Shown: in pieces, positions 40,612 through 54,384 of the stretch | Layout: every line of letters starts with the position of its first letter | Numbering within the stretch: the stretch's first letter is position 1 | Assembly (NCBI RefSeq): GCF_009914755.1 | Contig: NC_060937.1 | Length of the DNA: 64,000 nucleotides | Origin: the human T2T-CHM13v2.0 reference genome, Homo sapiens | Strand: one strand, 5' to 3' | The notes under the pieces: generated by a model | What the model was told of the DNA's origin: nothing | The model's database searches: none | Seen by the model: the letters and a program-made list of their open reading frames with translations, nothing else | Position numbers and translations under genes: made by a program

Positions 40612-42309
40612 GAGCATATATATATACATAAAGCATATGAAAAACATATTCACCAACCAATTCAATTCACTGATGCTAAGACATAACATTGAAATACTGA
40701 TATTCATTGTCCATCACATTTATCTCTAAATGGAGACTCAGATATATTCATTAGCTCTTCTCAGACACAAAATCCATATCAAAATGAGTCAGATTAGATG
40801 AAGAAATAACATTGTCTAATAAGTCCTAGATAATCCATTGTGAAGACCTATTGTTAAATAAACTGCAAATTATTTATTGCTTACATTTCCTATGCTTCTG
40901 ATGAATGGCATAAAGAGAGTTTTACCTCAGTGGCTAGATTTATCTAGGCTTATTTCTGGCATTCAGCAAAGGCATATAAGTATGTCTGTAGTTAATATAA
41001 TTCTCATTATGAGATTACTGAAAACATTATAAAATCATAAAGAACTGGAACTTTTAGCAAAGCAGCAAATAATAAAAGTCTAACTAAGAAACTAAAAAGT
41101 ATATATTTTGTTTACCTATTTTGAAGCTGTTTACCTGAGAAAAGTATGCCCAAAAATATTTGAATACTATGCTAATGGAAGCATTCAGCTTCTAAATTTT
41201 ATACTATTATTTTATACATTTGTCTATTACCTATGATATAACAATTCAAATATGTAGTTAATATTATGGTACATAATGTGATTATGGTATACAACATTAT
41301 AATATGTATTTTATAGTCATCCTAATTTTTCTACTATGTATGAAGCATGGGTTTCTAAAAATAATATTCTCAGAGCATCTAGATATGAATATTTGCTTGG
41401 TTAAAAATATAAGAGACACTTAATTCCTACAAGATAGGAAAATTGTTTTCTTCCTTAGGGGAATACTCTTTATTGTAATATGTAAAATAATAATATATTT
41501 AAGTCATGGAAAATGATGTATTCATTTTCTTTTGCACATTTTGCATAATATTTTCCTTTTATTTCTTAAGGTTCAATAGGTTTAGAATATATTTCCCTCT
41601 ATGTATCTTTTAGCTTTGATTTAACTCCTTTAGTTGTGTGTTTCTCAGTACAATAAAGACTTGCCTTTAGTCAACTGTTGAGGTACACAGAGAAATTTAT
41701 TTCATTTGATTAAACATGTTTTATTTGCCCTTGAATGATTACTAAATATAATATTTTTAAGAAAAACATAGCTAAATGGCTCATGATAAACTGTAGTATC
41801 TGACGTTCAGTTCAGTTCATTAAAGGCAGATAACTATGTAATTGCTGACACCTGTCCCAGTTTTAAGTCTGAGTTTCAGTGTTTCAATTCCTGCTGTCTT
41901 TCTTGCTCAGGTTTCTGAGACTTTCAGCACTCAATACCATATATAGCTTTTTTGGGGGAGGTGGGTGGTCCAAGAAGAATTCTTTTGTACCTTTTATTCC
42001 AAGATGAGTAAAACACCTCTAGCTGGGACATACACCACTCCTATTAAATAAGCAGACTTTGCTTACGAGGAGCTACTGGATCTATCTAGGTAAGACCCTT
42101 GTTTTGTGGTTACACTGATAGTTTGTCTGGTGGAGAGGAGAAGAAAATGGGACAAAGATAAAAGAAAAATGGAGATTGCTGGAAATCATCATAATTTTAA
42201 TTTTTTAAGGCTACTTTTTAAAGTTATCAGGAACAACTAAGGCAAAATCATGAAAACTCAGTTTTCCTGATCTACCAAGTGAAGCCATCATCCTTCATCA
42301 TTTAAGGGT

Positions 42310-42545
42310 ATCAGCTACAAATATTAACTCCACAGTCAGACTACCTAGTAAATCCTAGCTTAAACACTAACTCTATGATCTTTCATAAGCTATTTACACT
42401 CTGCGTCCTACTTTCCTAATATTTAAACAAACAGAATAATAATCTTGAGCAATAATAGCACTGTTTTATTGATTAAATGGGTTCTTATCAGTAGAATATT
42501 CAGCATCTGGCACATAGTTATTACCCAATAAATGTTAGTTATTAT
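42310..42545. mobile_element. MIR fragment
   Basis: cagtcagactacct, aatcctagct, ctggcacatagt, caataaatgttagttatta. Confidence 0.6.
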
Positions 42546-44914
42546 AGCATATTTCTGTCCCTTTGAAGCTTATAAACATTCAAAGGAATAAAGAATGCTA
42601 TATGTCATCTTCTGTCAATAAAATGAGTACTACACTGGTGAAAGTTTGATGTCGCCATAAATTATAAGTAACTAAAGAAAAATAAAAATACTAGACAAAA
42701 TTTTGAACTCTTATCCCAATGCTCTGCTACAGCAAAGAACATAGGGTAGCTGAATAATTAAGATATATTTAAGGATATAATATCTATATATAAAAACTAT
42801 GGTCATGTTAGATATTGAGATTCTGTCAGTCATTTTATTTTCTGATAGTTTTTAAAAGGCTTTTGCTCTTAATAAATGTTTGCAATCACATGTGCATCAT
42901 TTTAACATGATTCTTAGTATAATATATAATATCTGAGTAGATATAGATAGATAATGATAGAGATATTGAAATATGCCTATTTCCAGTGACTACAAATTGT
43001 TATGAAGGCAAACACCCTTTTATGACATGTTTCATATATTAAAAAACAAAACTACAAGTCACAAAATTTTACTTGGTAGGAATGAATTATCCACCCCTCA
43101 GTGTGGAGGGTTTTACCATCACTAAAACTTTAGTCATTATGCTAAGTGTGCATCGTCTATTTTTACAAAGTTTCTTTCTAATCCATGCTGAAACAATGGC
43201 ACATTCTTTTTGGATCATTTTCTTAGTAAGTTATTTTACATTAAATTCATGAAATTAACTTATTTGACATAGTATTTCAGTAATTTTTAACTGTATTATT
43301 TTGTATATTTTAATTAATATATAAATATAAATTACATTTTTTTTACATACAGCATGTTGTTTTGTTATATATATATATTGTGGAATGGCTAAATTGAGCT
43401 AAATTTTTATTGCAACAAAGTTCTAAATATTATCCTATATTTTGGACCACAGATACAAAAATACATAAAGTTCTTACATACTGACAAAATTTGAGATTTA
43501 AAAAGTAATGCACTTGAGTTGAAGTATTTTTATTGCCAACTTTGAATTCTATTTTTAGTTGTATTATAATACAGATTTTTTTCTAGTTTAAGTAATTAAA
43601 AAAAAATAAAAATTTCCAGTTAACATAACCTTAAAATAAAGCAAACTTCCTCTGAGCTGTAAAGGGTAAAATTATCAGTATAAGGATTATACTAAACCAA
43701 GTACTTGTAAAACATTTTGGCCACTATATCATCTGAAGGCAAATCTTTATCAATTTGTGCATATAAGTGTTCAAAAGATATCATTATCCTTGAATAACAA
43801 GAAAATGACAACTCAAAGTGATCTAATTATTTTATGGTTAAATATACTGCCAATACTGCAGAGTAAAGCAACACTGATATAATACCAGTTTTTGCATTCT
43901 TCATATTACTGCTAGAGATCAATATTTGTTTGGTATTCTATGAAACACCTGCATTTCTTTCACAGAAAATACCAATGAATATCTATTTTTCCACAATGGA
44001 AAAATGTTCTATTATATTTTGTTAAAAATTGATATAATTTCATCATCCTCAGTCAAATGTAATTCTTTCTGATTGTATATGCATAGGATTGATTGCATAT
44101 CTTGTGTGAGAAAAACAACAATCATACTGATGTAAAAAAAGTTTTAAATACACCAAAAATTCTTAAGGTACATTTACTTTATTGATCTTAGATATGGAAT
44201 GTACATTAAAAAATGTATGTCTTTGTGAATGTATGTTTACAAGATAGGATTTTCTGTTGCACGCAACAGAAATGGTTTCGGAATAATGTAAACATTAGGA
44301 GACTATGCTGATTGTTAATATGCTGATTGATAATAGGATAGCTAATAAAGTCGCCAGTAAAATAGGAAGACAAGGCTTAGAAAAAGAGGAAGGAAATGGA
44401 GATTCTAAAGAATAAGAGCTGTTGTCACAATCATATGATAGAAGCAGTCTATGAGTACCATCTCGCCGCAAATGTACACAGGTTGCCTCAGCTTTCGTCA
44501 CCACTACAAATATCACCAAGCATACATTGCCTATGCTGGTACCTTTGCTACAGATGTCCCTCAAAAGTGATATGGCTGCCATCATTGCCACTGTTGAATA
44601 CCTTCATTGTCCCTGCTTATTTTATTTTTATAATTTTAACTATTATTTTAGATTCATTGGGTATATGTGCAGGTTTGCCTGCTTATTTTAATCACTAAGA
44701 AAGATTCAAAGCTCCATGTGAGCATGTATGTCTGACAAAAACATATAGTAGGGAGAGTCTCCATACATAAGAAGAGGATTCAGTTGTTTTGCACCAAAAT
44801 GAAGAGAAATATCCAGTCTGTTCCATATTATGGGATGCAAAAACCAATTTCCACCATTTTTTCTAGATTTCAATTCCAATTATAAAAGCAAACAAAATGC
44901 ATTCATAATAAAAC

Positions 44915-45520
44915 ATGGCACTATCAACAATAGCCAAGTTATGAAATCAAGTGTCCATCAACAGACAAATGGATTAAGAAAATGTACTATATATACACAA
45001 TGAAATACTATTTAGCTTTGAACAAGAAGTTTTGCCATTTACAACAGTATGGATGGAACTGGAGAACAATATGCTATGTCAAATAAGCCAGGAATAGAAA
45101 GATAAATAGTACATGTCTTCACATATGTGGAATCTAAAACAATCAAACTCTTAGAAGGCAAGAGTAGAATGGTGGTTGCTAGAGGCAGAGGCTGAGGGAG
45201 GGGGTGGTGGTCGACAGAGGAATGGAGAGATGGCCAAAGGGCACAAAGCCTCAGAAAGGAGGAATACTTTGGATTTTTTTTTTTTTTTTGAGATCTATTG
45301 CACAGCATGGTGAATATCATAAATAACAGTCTGTTGTACATTTCAAAATAACTAAAACAGTAAATTTCAAATGTTCTCACCATTAAAAAATGGTACATAT
45401 TTGAGGTGATGGATATGTTAATTAGCTTGATATATTCTACATTGCATTCGTAAATTTTAATATCACTTTGTACCCCATAAATATATGCAATGTACATTTG
45501 TCAATTACAAGAAAAAAGAA
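44915..45520 (+). mobile_element. L1MA-like 3' end
   Basis: gtgtccatcaacagacaaatggat, gagatctattgcacagcatggtga, tttgaggtgatggatatgttaattagcttga, A-rich end. Confidence 0.88.
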
Positions 45521-45577
45521 TAATCTCTTTGCAACGATTCCTCACAAAACTGAATAAGAATTAACTCCCTTTCCAAA

Positions 45578-45625
45578 GAGAAGGAAGGAAGGAAGGAAGG
45601 AGAGGGAGGGAGGAAGGAAGGAAAG
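45578..45625. repeat. (GGAA/GGGA)n purine repeat
   Basis: aaggaaggaaggaaggaaggagagggagggaggaaggaagg seen directly. Confidence 0.9.
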
Positions 45626-45959
45626 AGAAGCAATCAAACAAACAAACAGTATACAAATATGTATCTTGCTGCATTCAGGTTGAAGTTTAGGATCTCTAGG
45701 TGATACTAATCTCATCTCTGGTTTTAGTTCTGGTACCATCCTTTTATTCTTCAGCATGTAGAGAAAAATGTTAAGAGATCACAAAAAGAGAATTTGTGTT
45801 GAATATGGAAGTTTTGATTTTTCAGCAATTATAAACCTTTAGAGGTCAAACTTGTATAAAATTAAAGTTAACTTTCATTAGGAGATTCCTATGTTATATT
45901 TCTTTTCCTCCCTTTGTTGTATAAAAACAACTTTATTTGCTTTAGATGATTAAGATCAA

Positions 45960-48900
45960 TCACCCCAGTCAAAAACTATAACCTCCATTGATTTCTTCTC
46001 ACTCAGAGATGGAAGGGAACCAAAAGTCTGGGAGGTAGTTTTATTTCCATTTAAATGGAATTATTGTATATCTCTGGACAGGGCATTTCTCTTTTGAATA
46101 TTGTATCTTCACAAATGCAGAATGCAGAATTTTAGGAAAAGGAAACAAAATGTTCATGAAAGGCTCAATGGGTGCAATAGTAAGAGATTCCATTCTAATT
46201 TCTGTCTCTTGATATATGAATACATATATTCTAGTTATATAAGGAAGCTCACTATTGATAAATAGTGGGAGTGCTTTAATCTCAATTTTGAAAACAAAAA
46301 CTGAGGCATATAATCTCAATTTTGAAAAAAAATCCATCTAAAACCATAGCTGTGTCTTCAATAAGCCATTTCTCTTTTCAATAAGGTTATCTTCTGCATA
46401 TTTTGTACATAATAAAAATAGTATTTTTTCACTGATGGATTGTGTGGGTACTGTTATGTTGAATCACATATGCTATTGTTGGCAGAAAAAAGAGGTTATG
46501 GTAGCTCATCTGTAAGACAGCCACAAATAATTTCTTCCCTTCTGGTATGTGGATGCAATTTTGCAATTGAGAGAACGGGTTTATCCTTTCCTTCCACTTT
46601 TTGTCCATAGGAACTTGATTCTCCAGGAGAATCAGCTGAAGTTATATCTTGCATGCCTGAGACTTGTTCATAATGAGCCTCATGGCTTTTGCTTAGAATT
46701 CACGGAGTGTATGCTTTTGGAACACTAAAACAATTTATCTAGGAAATCAACCACCTTTAAGAAGATTGAAAACCCTAAAACTGTTGAACTGTGAAAAGCC
46801 CAAAGCATGTAGAAAGGATCTAGAGAATAGATGCCTCTCTCCATATGGCATCTATTCTCTAGATTGTTTTACATGGAGAGAAAGAGATTGAAAGGGAGGG
46901 AGGGGGAGAGGGAGAGAGAGAGCGAGGGAGAGAGGGAGAGACACACTAAGGAACACTAAGGAAACAGATAATGTGAATAAAGAAGCCAACTTTGTAGTGG
47001 ATACTCCAGTCAAGCCCATCCAAGCAGACACCACATGACTTAGAAATGAACTGCCCAGTTTAGGAGATTTTGTTATATAGGTAATTGGAATTATGATAGA
47101 TAAAAAAATCCAATCAAAACATAGTATCTCTTTCCATGAGAACGTATTACTGACCTTTTGTTGAAGAAAAGATTCAGTATAATCAATTTGATACCAAAGA
47201 GTTGGCTTGTCCACTCTAGTTTATGGTACCATATCAGGTGCTCAGGTTGTTCCCTGCCATTGGCAACTCGAGCACTAGGAAGAACTTGTAACTTGATTGG
47301 CCCAGATATGGACAATCTCTATTGTTTACTCAATTCACAGTCTCCATTGTCACCATTCTACCTATTTTTATGCATATGCCTATCAAACAAGCTGGAAGCC
47401 GACGGTTACTGACATCATCTTTACAGTGATCTAGTTCCATAGCAAGGCTCTATGGAGAGAATTCATGTGGGAAAAAAATATTCTTACAAATCAAGACTGT
47501 TTTGAGTAGTTATCACTCAAAAAATTCCAGTGTCTTTGTCACCAGCCTTCCAGTTTTATTTCTTCCAAGTTCTTGCTTCACAGCCTTTAGTTACTTCTGA
47601 TGCATTAGTGCAGATGTTTATCTTAATCTCTTTTTTAAAAACATTATGAATCAGTTTATTTATAGATTTTATCCTTTCTCTATGAATGTTTTGGTTAAAG
47701 AATCTATTAACATGGAATATATATGGGAATTTATCCCAGTTTTTTTCTCAACCTCTTTATTCCACACAAATTAGCAATAATATATTCTTCACAAATTTAT
47801 TCCCTTTAGGTTTGAGGTCACCTTTGCATTGAGTTGAGCCATAGACATACTATTCTTCCAACTAGTTTCAGAATGCCATGAAGAATAATCTGTAAACCAG
47901 ATTATAGTCTTTTAAATTTTATTTTTAAATAGTTTGTATTAAAAATTCTTAAGTTAAAAAAATTGGTAAACTAGTCCTAAGCAATTGAACTTGAAATCAC
48001 ATGGGAGAGAGTAAGGATGCCGCTTATGTGACTGAATATGCATCAACCAGATGTTAGAATGCAGAGAGAGATACAAAGCATATTAGATAGATCATATAGC
48101 ACCCAAGCAGGTCAGATGCCATATCCCCTAATGTTCCATGGTTATATTCACTCAGTCTTTAAGTTCTATGGCTAGGACAAGATCTTTTTTTTTTTTTAAG
48201 TTATTTTTTAGATGCTTGACTCCAAAACCTAGGGAACTTCACTGTAATTATGTTATCAGGGATTTTTATGGCCTCTTTACAACTTCCTTTTCCATTACAG
48301 ACATTGTGATATTCTGAGCCATAAGTACTGCATGGCAATGATGCTTTCAGTATTGCCCAAACCAGCTGGAAAATCTTGTCTTGCTCTAAAACCCACTCAA
48401 AGCAGCCAATCTTCTGGGCCATTTAGGGGATAAATGAGAGCATTAGAAACATTTTGCCTTCAAGAATCCAAGGAAATCACCTCCTATATCCCAACTTTGT
48501 AATGATAGAAGATTCAAGGTGCAGAACTGTTCACTTTGGAGGGGATATCTAGCATATCTTAAGCAAAGAAACAACCAAATTCATCAAGATAGCAGGTCAT
48601 AATGTTTGTAGCAGACCTTCAGCATGCATATATCTTGTAAAAGAAATTAAGAACTGATATACAGGTCCAAATAACATTATTTAACCTAAATAATGAATTG
48701 TAGTAATGTCTTATGTAACCTTGATATGACAAAGGCACCTTGAACTTATAATAGGATACAGCCAAGTGAACTTTGAGGCATGGTGGAAAATGTGTATTGC
48801 TATCCATTCCAGATAAAAGCCAGCATGTCATAATACTCTTATAATATTCTCCATTTCTTGCACTAAATATGACAGTATTTTCCATCCTAAAAATTGCATA

Positions 48901-49620
48901 CTGATTGCCAAGGGCTGTTTGATTTGTTCAAGCAAATAAATTCACCTCACAAATAATAGCTATAATTGCATTTGCAGATGATTATTCTTAAACCAATTCA
49001 CTGCCATTCTCAACTAATCTATCCCTAGACATTGGAAATGTGGATCTGAGAAGACTCAATATCCTTGAGCCTTACAATCCTTCAACATGACACCAATTCT
49101 TATAATTCCCTTGAAGTTAGAGCATTGGAATTGATTCGCTATCTGTTATTTTGGTAGTTAGTGGGAGTTCCAAATTTTTCGTCTTGACTTTTTCTACCAC
49201 CATAACCATTATCTCTGTGTCAGGATGACATTGTAGATGTTCTTCCAGTTGGTAAAAATATTTATTATTATAATAAACCCAAGGTATGGGGAAATGAATA
49301 TACCATGGGTGATAGATATGATCTAGCCTACCACGTTTTGATCCAAACCCCACTTACAACCTCATTCCATAATGTTCACTGTGATCCATGGACAATAGGT
49401 ACATTCTGGAATATCAACGAGTTGGTATTATTTTAGAATCAGTGTCCAAAGATTACAATGTCATTGAATCTAATGTAATATATAACTCTGAAAGAGTTGA
49501 TAAAAGCAGCAGTATTACCTATGGATGGTCAGAGAATTTCTATTCTTCCATCTGCTCTATGTGACTAAGAGTCCCACCAGTGGATAATTTTATTGTCCAT
49601 ATTATGCTTTATGTGGAAAT
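45960..49620 (-). pseudogene. pol: Decayed ERVL-class internal region (pro/RT/RNase H/integrase remnants)
   Basis: FEWVLEQDKIFQLVWAILKASLP (cf. ERVL FEWGPEQEKALQQVQAAVQAALP); DKPTLWYQIDYT (cf. DQPATWWQVDYI, integrase); SLTIAPIEPFMNILFPFPKILHSA (cf. PLTITPSDPL..LLPVP.TLCSA). Collinear on the minus strand; comparisons are from memory. Confidence 0.75.
46495..47090 (+). mobile_element. MLT1-type (F/G/H-like) LTR inserted in the ERVL integrase region
   Basis: cagccacaaat, gtgaataaagaagcca, cagacaccacatga, aaatgaactgcccag, ttttgttatata; central (GA)n. Confidence 0.55.
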
Positions 49621-50752
49621 ACAATGAAATGATGACACTATTATTTAAATTTTTTCCACATAATAATCCAAGTAAATATATCTACTTTACATAGGGACTA
49701 CATTTTTATAGTTTGCAATCAATGAGTAGGTTTTCAAAATTTTAGTATTAAAATATAATTCTGGTTAGATGAGTTATTTACTGCTAAAAAAACCTAAATT
49801 TAAGAAGCATACTGGTCAATAGAGATGAGCATAATCCTTCTCCAAAAAGCAGATAAATTATACAAATGAAAATATTTTTATTTCAAAATAATCATGTTGT
49901 TTTATTTTTAGTGGCTACAAAATTCAGAAACAAGTTTGGTAAATCTAGAAAAGACCAAAACTTGTTACTAAAATGGCCCAGGAGAATTTATTCAAAAGTA
50001 TTTTTGCCTACTAAATATATTTTATGATATTAGTACTGTTATTTTAAATAATTTTGCTACTCAGACACATTTTCTCTAGTAGAACACAAGTATAAATATA
50101 TTGAGGATTCTCTAGAGTAATTGCAATTAGTGCTCAATAGGGGTTTAATTAACAACAAAGAAAACATATATTAATGATGCAGGCTGTTTTTGATTAATAG
50201 CATATCTAAATTAATTACAAACATTATGTTAATATTAACTGTATATTGTTTAAAAACATGACTAGAATTTATAAATGGATAGAAAAATTATTTTGTTTCA
50301 TTTTATTTACTTATTTTAGTCTTAAAAAATGAAAATACCTTTTATGAGTTAAAATATTTAAGGCTAAAATATATTAACATTAACAGTATTTATTTTGATT
50401 GGTTATTTTTACTTCTCTTTATTTATCATCTGTCATATTTGTTAAATAGCTATATTATCAAAGATGCCTTCCTGATATAAAACATCAAGTTACATTTGAT
50501 CTCTCAAACATACAATCAGTGATTGCTAGAAGAATTATTTATTTCTAAATGTAGACAAGGACTTAAGAGTCCTGGAATTTCTCAGGTTATTAAATAAAAA
50601 TGATAATTACTGCATAAAGCTCCTGAGAAAGTCTTCTTTCTCTTACTCTTTTAATCAACAAATATTAATGTGCTTCTACTTTACTAGTCTTTGTGATAGG
50701 TACTGGGGATATATACTGAATAAAGTATATATAGTTGCTGCTTAGATGAAGC

Positions 50753-51928
50753 TGATATGGTTTGGCTATGTCCCCACCCAAATCTAATCTTGACTTGTAG
50801 CTCTTACAAATCCCACGTGTTGTGGCAGGGAGTTGGTGAGAGGTAATTGAATCATAGGGGCAGGTTTTTCCCACGCTATTCTCATGATAGTGAATAAGTC
50901 TCATGAGATCTGAAGGTTTTATAAAGGGGAGTTTCCCTGCACAAGTTCTTTTCTCTCGTCTGCCACCATGTGAGACATACCTTTCTCTTTCTATCGTGAT
51001 TATGAGGCCCCCCCCAGCTACATAGAACTGAGTCCATTAAACCTCCAGACCCCAGAAAGGTAGGTCCACTGACAGCTTACACCATGCATCTAGAAAAGCC
51101 ACAGACACCCAATACCAATTCATGAAAGCAGCCAGGAGGGAAGCTGTACCCTGCAAAGCCACAGGGATGGAACTGCCTAAGACCATGGGAACCCACCCTC
51201 TTGCATCGGTGTGACTGGGATGTGAGATGTGGAGTCAAAGGAGATCATCTTGGAGCTTTAAGATTTGACTGGCCTGCTGGATTCCAGACTTGCAAGAGGC
51301 CTGCGAACTCCTTGTTTTGGCCGACTTCTCCCATTTGGAATGGCTGTATTTACCCAATGCCTGTACCCCCATTGCCTCTAGGAAGAAACTAACTTGCTTT
51401 TGATTTTACAGGCTTATAGGTGGAAGATAATTGCCTTGTCTCAGATGAGACTTTGGACTGTGGATTTTTCAGTTAATGATGAAATCAGTTAAGACTTTGG
51501 GGGGGCTGTTGGGAAGGCATGATTTGTTTTCAAATGTGAGGACATGAGATTTGGGAGGGGACAGGAGTGGAATGATACAGTTTTGTTGTGTCCCCATCCA
51601 AATCTCATTTTGAATTGTAGCTCCCACAATTCCTATGTGTTGTGGGAGGGACCCAGTGGGAGGTAATTGAATCATGGGATTGGGTCTTTCCCATGCTATT
51701 CTCATGATAGTGAATAAGTTTCATGAGATTGGATGGTTTTATAAAGGGGAGTTTCTCTGCACAAGTTCTCTTCTCTTGTCTGCCACCATGTGAGATGTGC
51801 CTTTCACCTTCCACCATGATTGTGAGCATCCCCAGACACATCAAACTAAATCCATTAAAACTCTGTCTTTTTTAAATTGCTCAGTCTCAGGTATGAATCT
51901 ACCAGCAGTATGAAAACATATTAATACA
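50753..51928 (+). mobile_element. Internally deleted THE1: partial 5' LTR 50753-51045, internal 3' part to 51572, 3' LTR 51573-51928
   Basis: Two homologous LTRs (aggtaattgaatcat...ctcatgatagtgaataag); internal segment homologous to 761-1290 of this window. Confidence 0.9.
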
Positions 51929-53099
51929 AAGTTTACCTTAAGGCTGCCTATTTGACTTCTCTAATTAAACCCTGTTTATTCTCTAATTACCTTTTTACTG
52001 CATATTTTTCTCTCCGTCAGTCAGACAAAATTGATCTCATTGTGTTTGCTAATAACATATACCTTACTAAAATGTATAAAATATACTTATGTCATATATT
52101 TCATGACCATAAATATGATATTGGGTAATCCTCTTGTGTTTTCTGAGAATTCTTGTAATCCATTGTTGTTTTATTCTTAACCACTATTCTATTATATACA
52201 TGCATGTTTCTTTGCTCCTCTTCCTCCACTTTCCTCTGAAGTAATTATGCTGTTTTAAATACCTTTCTAAATTCTCCAAGTGGAGAATTTTTTAATTGTA
52301 TTTTGAAATGCATATAATAAAGTGCAATTCCCTGGATATATGTAGATCCAGGCACATATTCCAGGTTTCTTTTAAAATATGTAGACAGGGAAAACATTCA
52401 GAAAAAAAACCCACAAAAATTACAGAACCATGACTCACACCATATTGATGTCCAATGATGAACTTTCCATAGAGATAAAGCCAATAAAAAATCACCTCTA
52501 CTGCTAACTGGATAATAGTCTTCAAAGAATATGATTCCGAAGTGTAACTGAAACTCAGTAAAGAGGATGAGAACAACAAAAGAAATATAAGAACATTTAT
52601 TCTGAGTCATTCTGGAACTCAGTGAAAGAATTTATCCTGGGAATTAAGTAGGTAGATGTTGACAGATGTGACTACATGCAATATTAGCTGGAAAAATTTT
52701 GTGTTTTTAAAAGGTAAGTGAAGCTCCAGGTGAAGACACACAATCTTTTAATATGTAAGTGGTGGAGGTTGAGATGAAATGATTTTGTAGACTTTACTCA
52801 CAAAATTCTCAGTAGCTCCCAAAAAGGTTTACACACTTAATATTCATATGTTTTGAATATGTGAGACAGCTGTTGTTTACCTATTATTGAGTACAGAATT
52901 GGGAAGAATGGCCCGTCATTTTTAAAATCCTTAAAATAATTGTCACTTTTCTCTAATTTCCCTCCTCTCATTCTCTACTAAACCACTGAATCGCTCCGTA
53001 CTCATCCTACTCCAAGTTTATTGCTCTTGTGAAAATCTGAACTGACTTCTACATGCTAAGTCCAATGTTCTGTTCGTGGTCTTCATCTCATTTGCCTTC

Positions 53100-53648
53100 T
53101 CTATTAGTCAGCGTTCTCTAGAGGGACAGAACTAAAAGGATAGATGCATATATGAAGGAGAATTTATTAAGCAGTATTGACTCACAGGATCACAAGGTGA
53201 AGTTCCACAACTGGCCATCTACAAGCTGAGGATTAAGGAAGCCAGTCTGAGTCTCAAAACCTCAAAAGTAGAGAAGCCAACAGTGTAGCCTTCAGTCTGT
53301 GGCCAAAGGCCCAAGAGGCCCTGGCAAACCACTGGTGTAAGTCCAAGAGTCCAAAAGCTGAAGAACTTGGAGTCCAATGTCAAATGGCAGGAAGCATCCA
53401 ACAAGGGAGAAAGATGAAGCTCAGAAGACTCAGGAAGCCTGCTCTTTCCAACTTCTTCTGCCTGCTTTATTCTAGCCATGCTGGCAGCTGATTAGGTGGT
53501 GCCCACCCAGACTGAGGGTGGGTCTACCTCTCCCAGTTCACTGACTCAAATGTTATTCTCCTTTGGCAACACTCTTACAGACACACCCAGAAACAATACT
53601 TTGCATCCCTCAATCCAATCAAGTTGACACTCAATATTAACCATCTCA
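53100..53648 (-). mobile_element. MLT2A2-like solo LTR (HERV-L)
   Basis: tattagtcagcgttctctagagggacagaacta...caatccaatcaagttgacactcaatattaaccatctca; TSD CCTTC at 53095-53099 and 53649-53653. Confidence 0.92.
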
Positions 53649-53951
53649 CCTTCTAAACATTATTTAATATTTAATCACTCTCTCTTAGAAACACTTTCTT
53701 GGCCCTGCTTTCAAGAATTCACATTATCTTGCTTCTCTTCTTTTGTTTCTTAGTACCTGCCCCTTTCTAGTTCATTCTCACCTTTTTATCTGCCTCATTC
53801 TTAACACAGGAGTAAGATTCTGATCTCAGATCTTGGACTTCTCTAGCCACATTCACTCACTTGGTAAATTTATCTGACTCTAAAATAAATATCTTGGGCT
53901 CATAGTTCTCCCTTAAAATTCACCTTGTTTACCCAAATAATATTCAATATG

Positions 53952-54384
53952 CAGTTGATCCTTGAATAGCACAGGTTTGAACTGTGTGTATCCACTTCCA
54001 CATAAATTTTCTTCTCCCTCTGTCACTCCTGAGACAGTATGACCAACACCATCTCTTCCTACTTCTCAGCATATTTAACTTGAAGATGATGAGAATGAAG
54101 ACCTTTGTGATGATCCATTTTACTTAATAAATTGCAAATATATTTTTCCTCCTTATGATTTTCATAACATTTTCTTTCCTCCAGCTTAATTTTTTTGAAA
54201 GTATACAGTATATAGTACACATAACATACAATGTATGTGTCCATCTACTATTTGCTATTGGTAAGGCTTCTGGTCAAATGTACTCTATCATTAGTTAAGT
54301 TTTTGGAAAGTCAAAAATAATGCAAATTTTCAACTATTTAGTGGGTGAGGGTCCCAAATCTCTTATTGTTAAAAGTGTCAACTT
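53952..54384 (+). mobile_element. Tigger2a-like DNA transposon
   Basis: cagttgatccttgaatagcacaggtttgaactg...gaagacctttgtgatgatcca...gtcaact TIR. Confidence 0.85.

Noticed and set aside
40311-40729. Multiple Y/I-rich ORFs
   Set aside because: Translations of (TA/TG) microsatellite.
44230-44620. Possible old LTR fragment and 98-100 aa ORFs
   Set aside because: Similarity is too weak to assign a family, and the ORFs have no recognisable domain.
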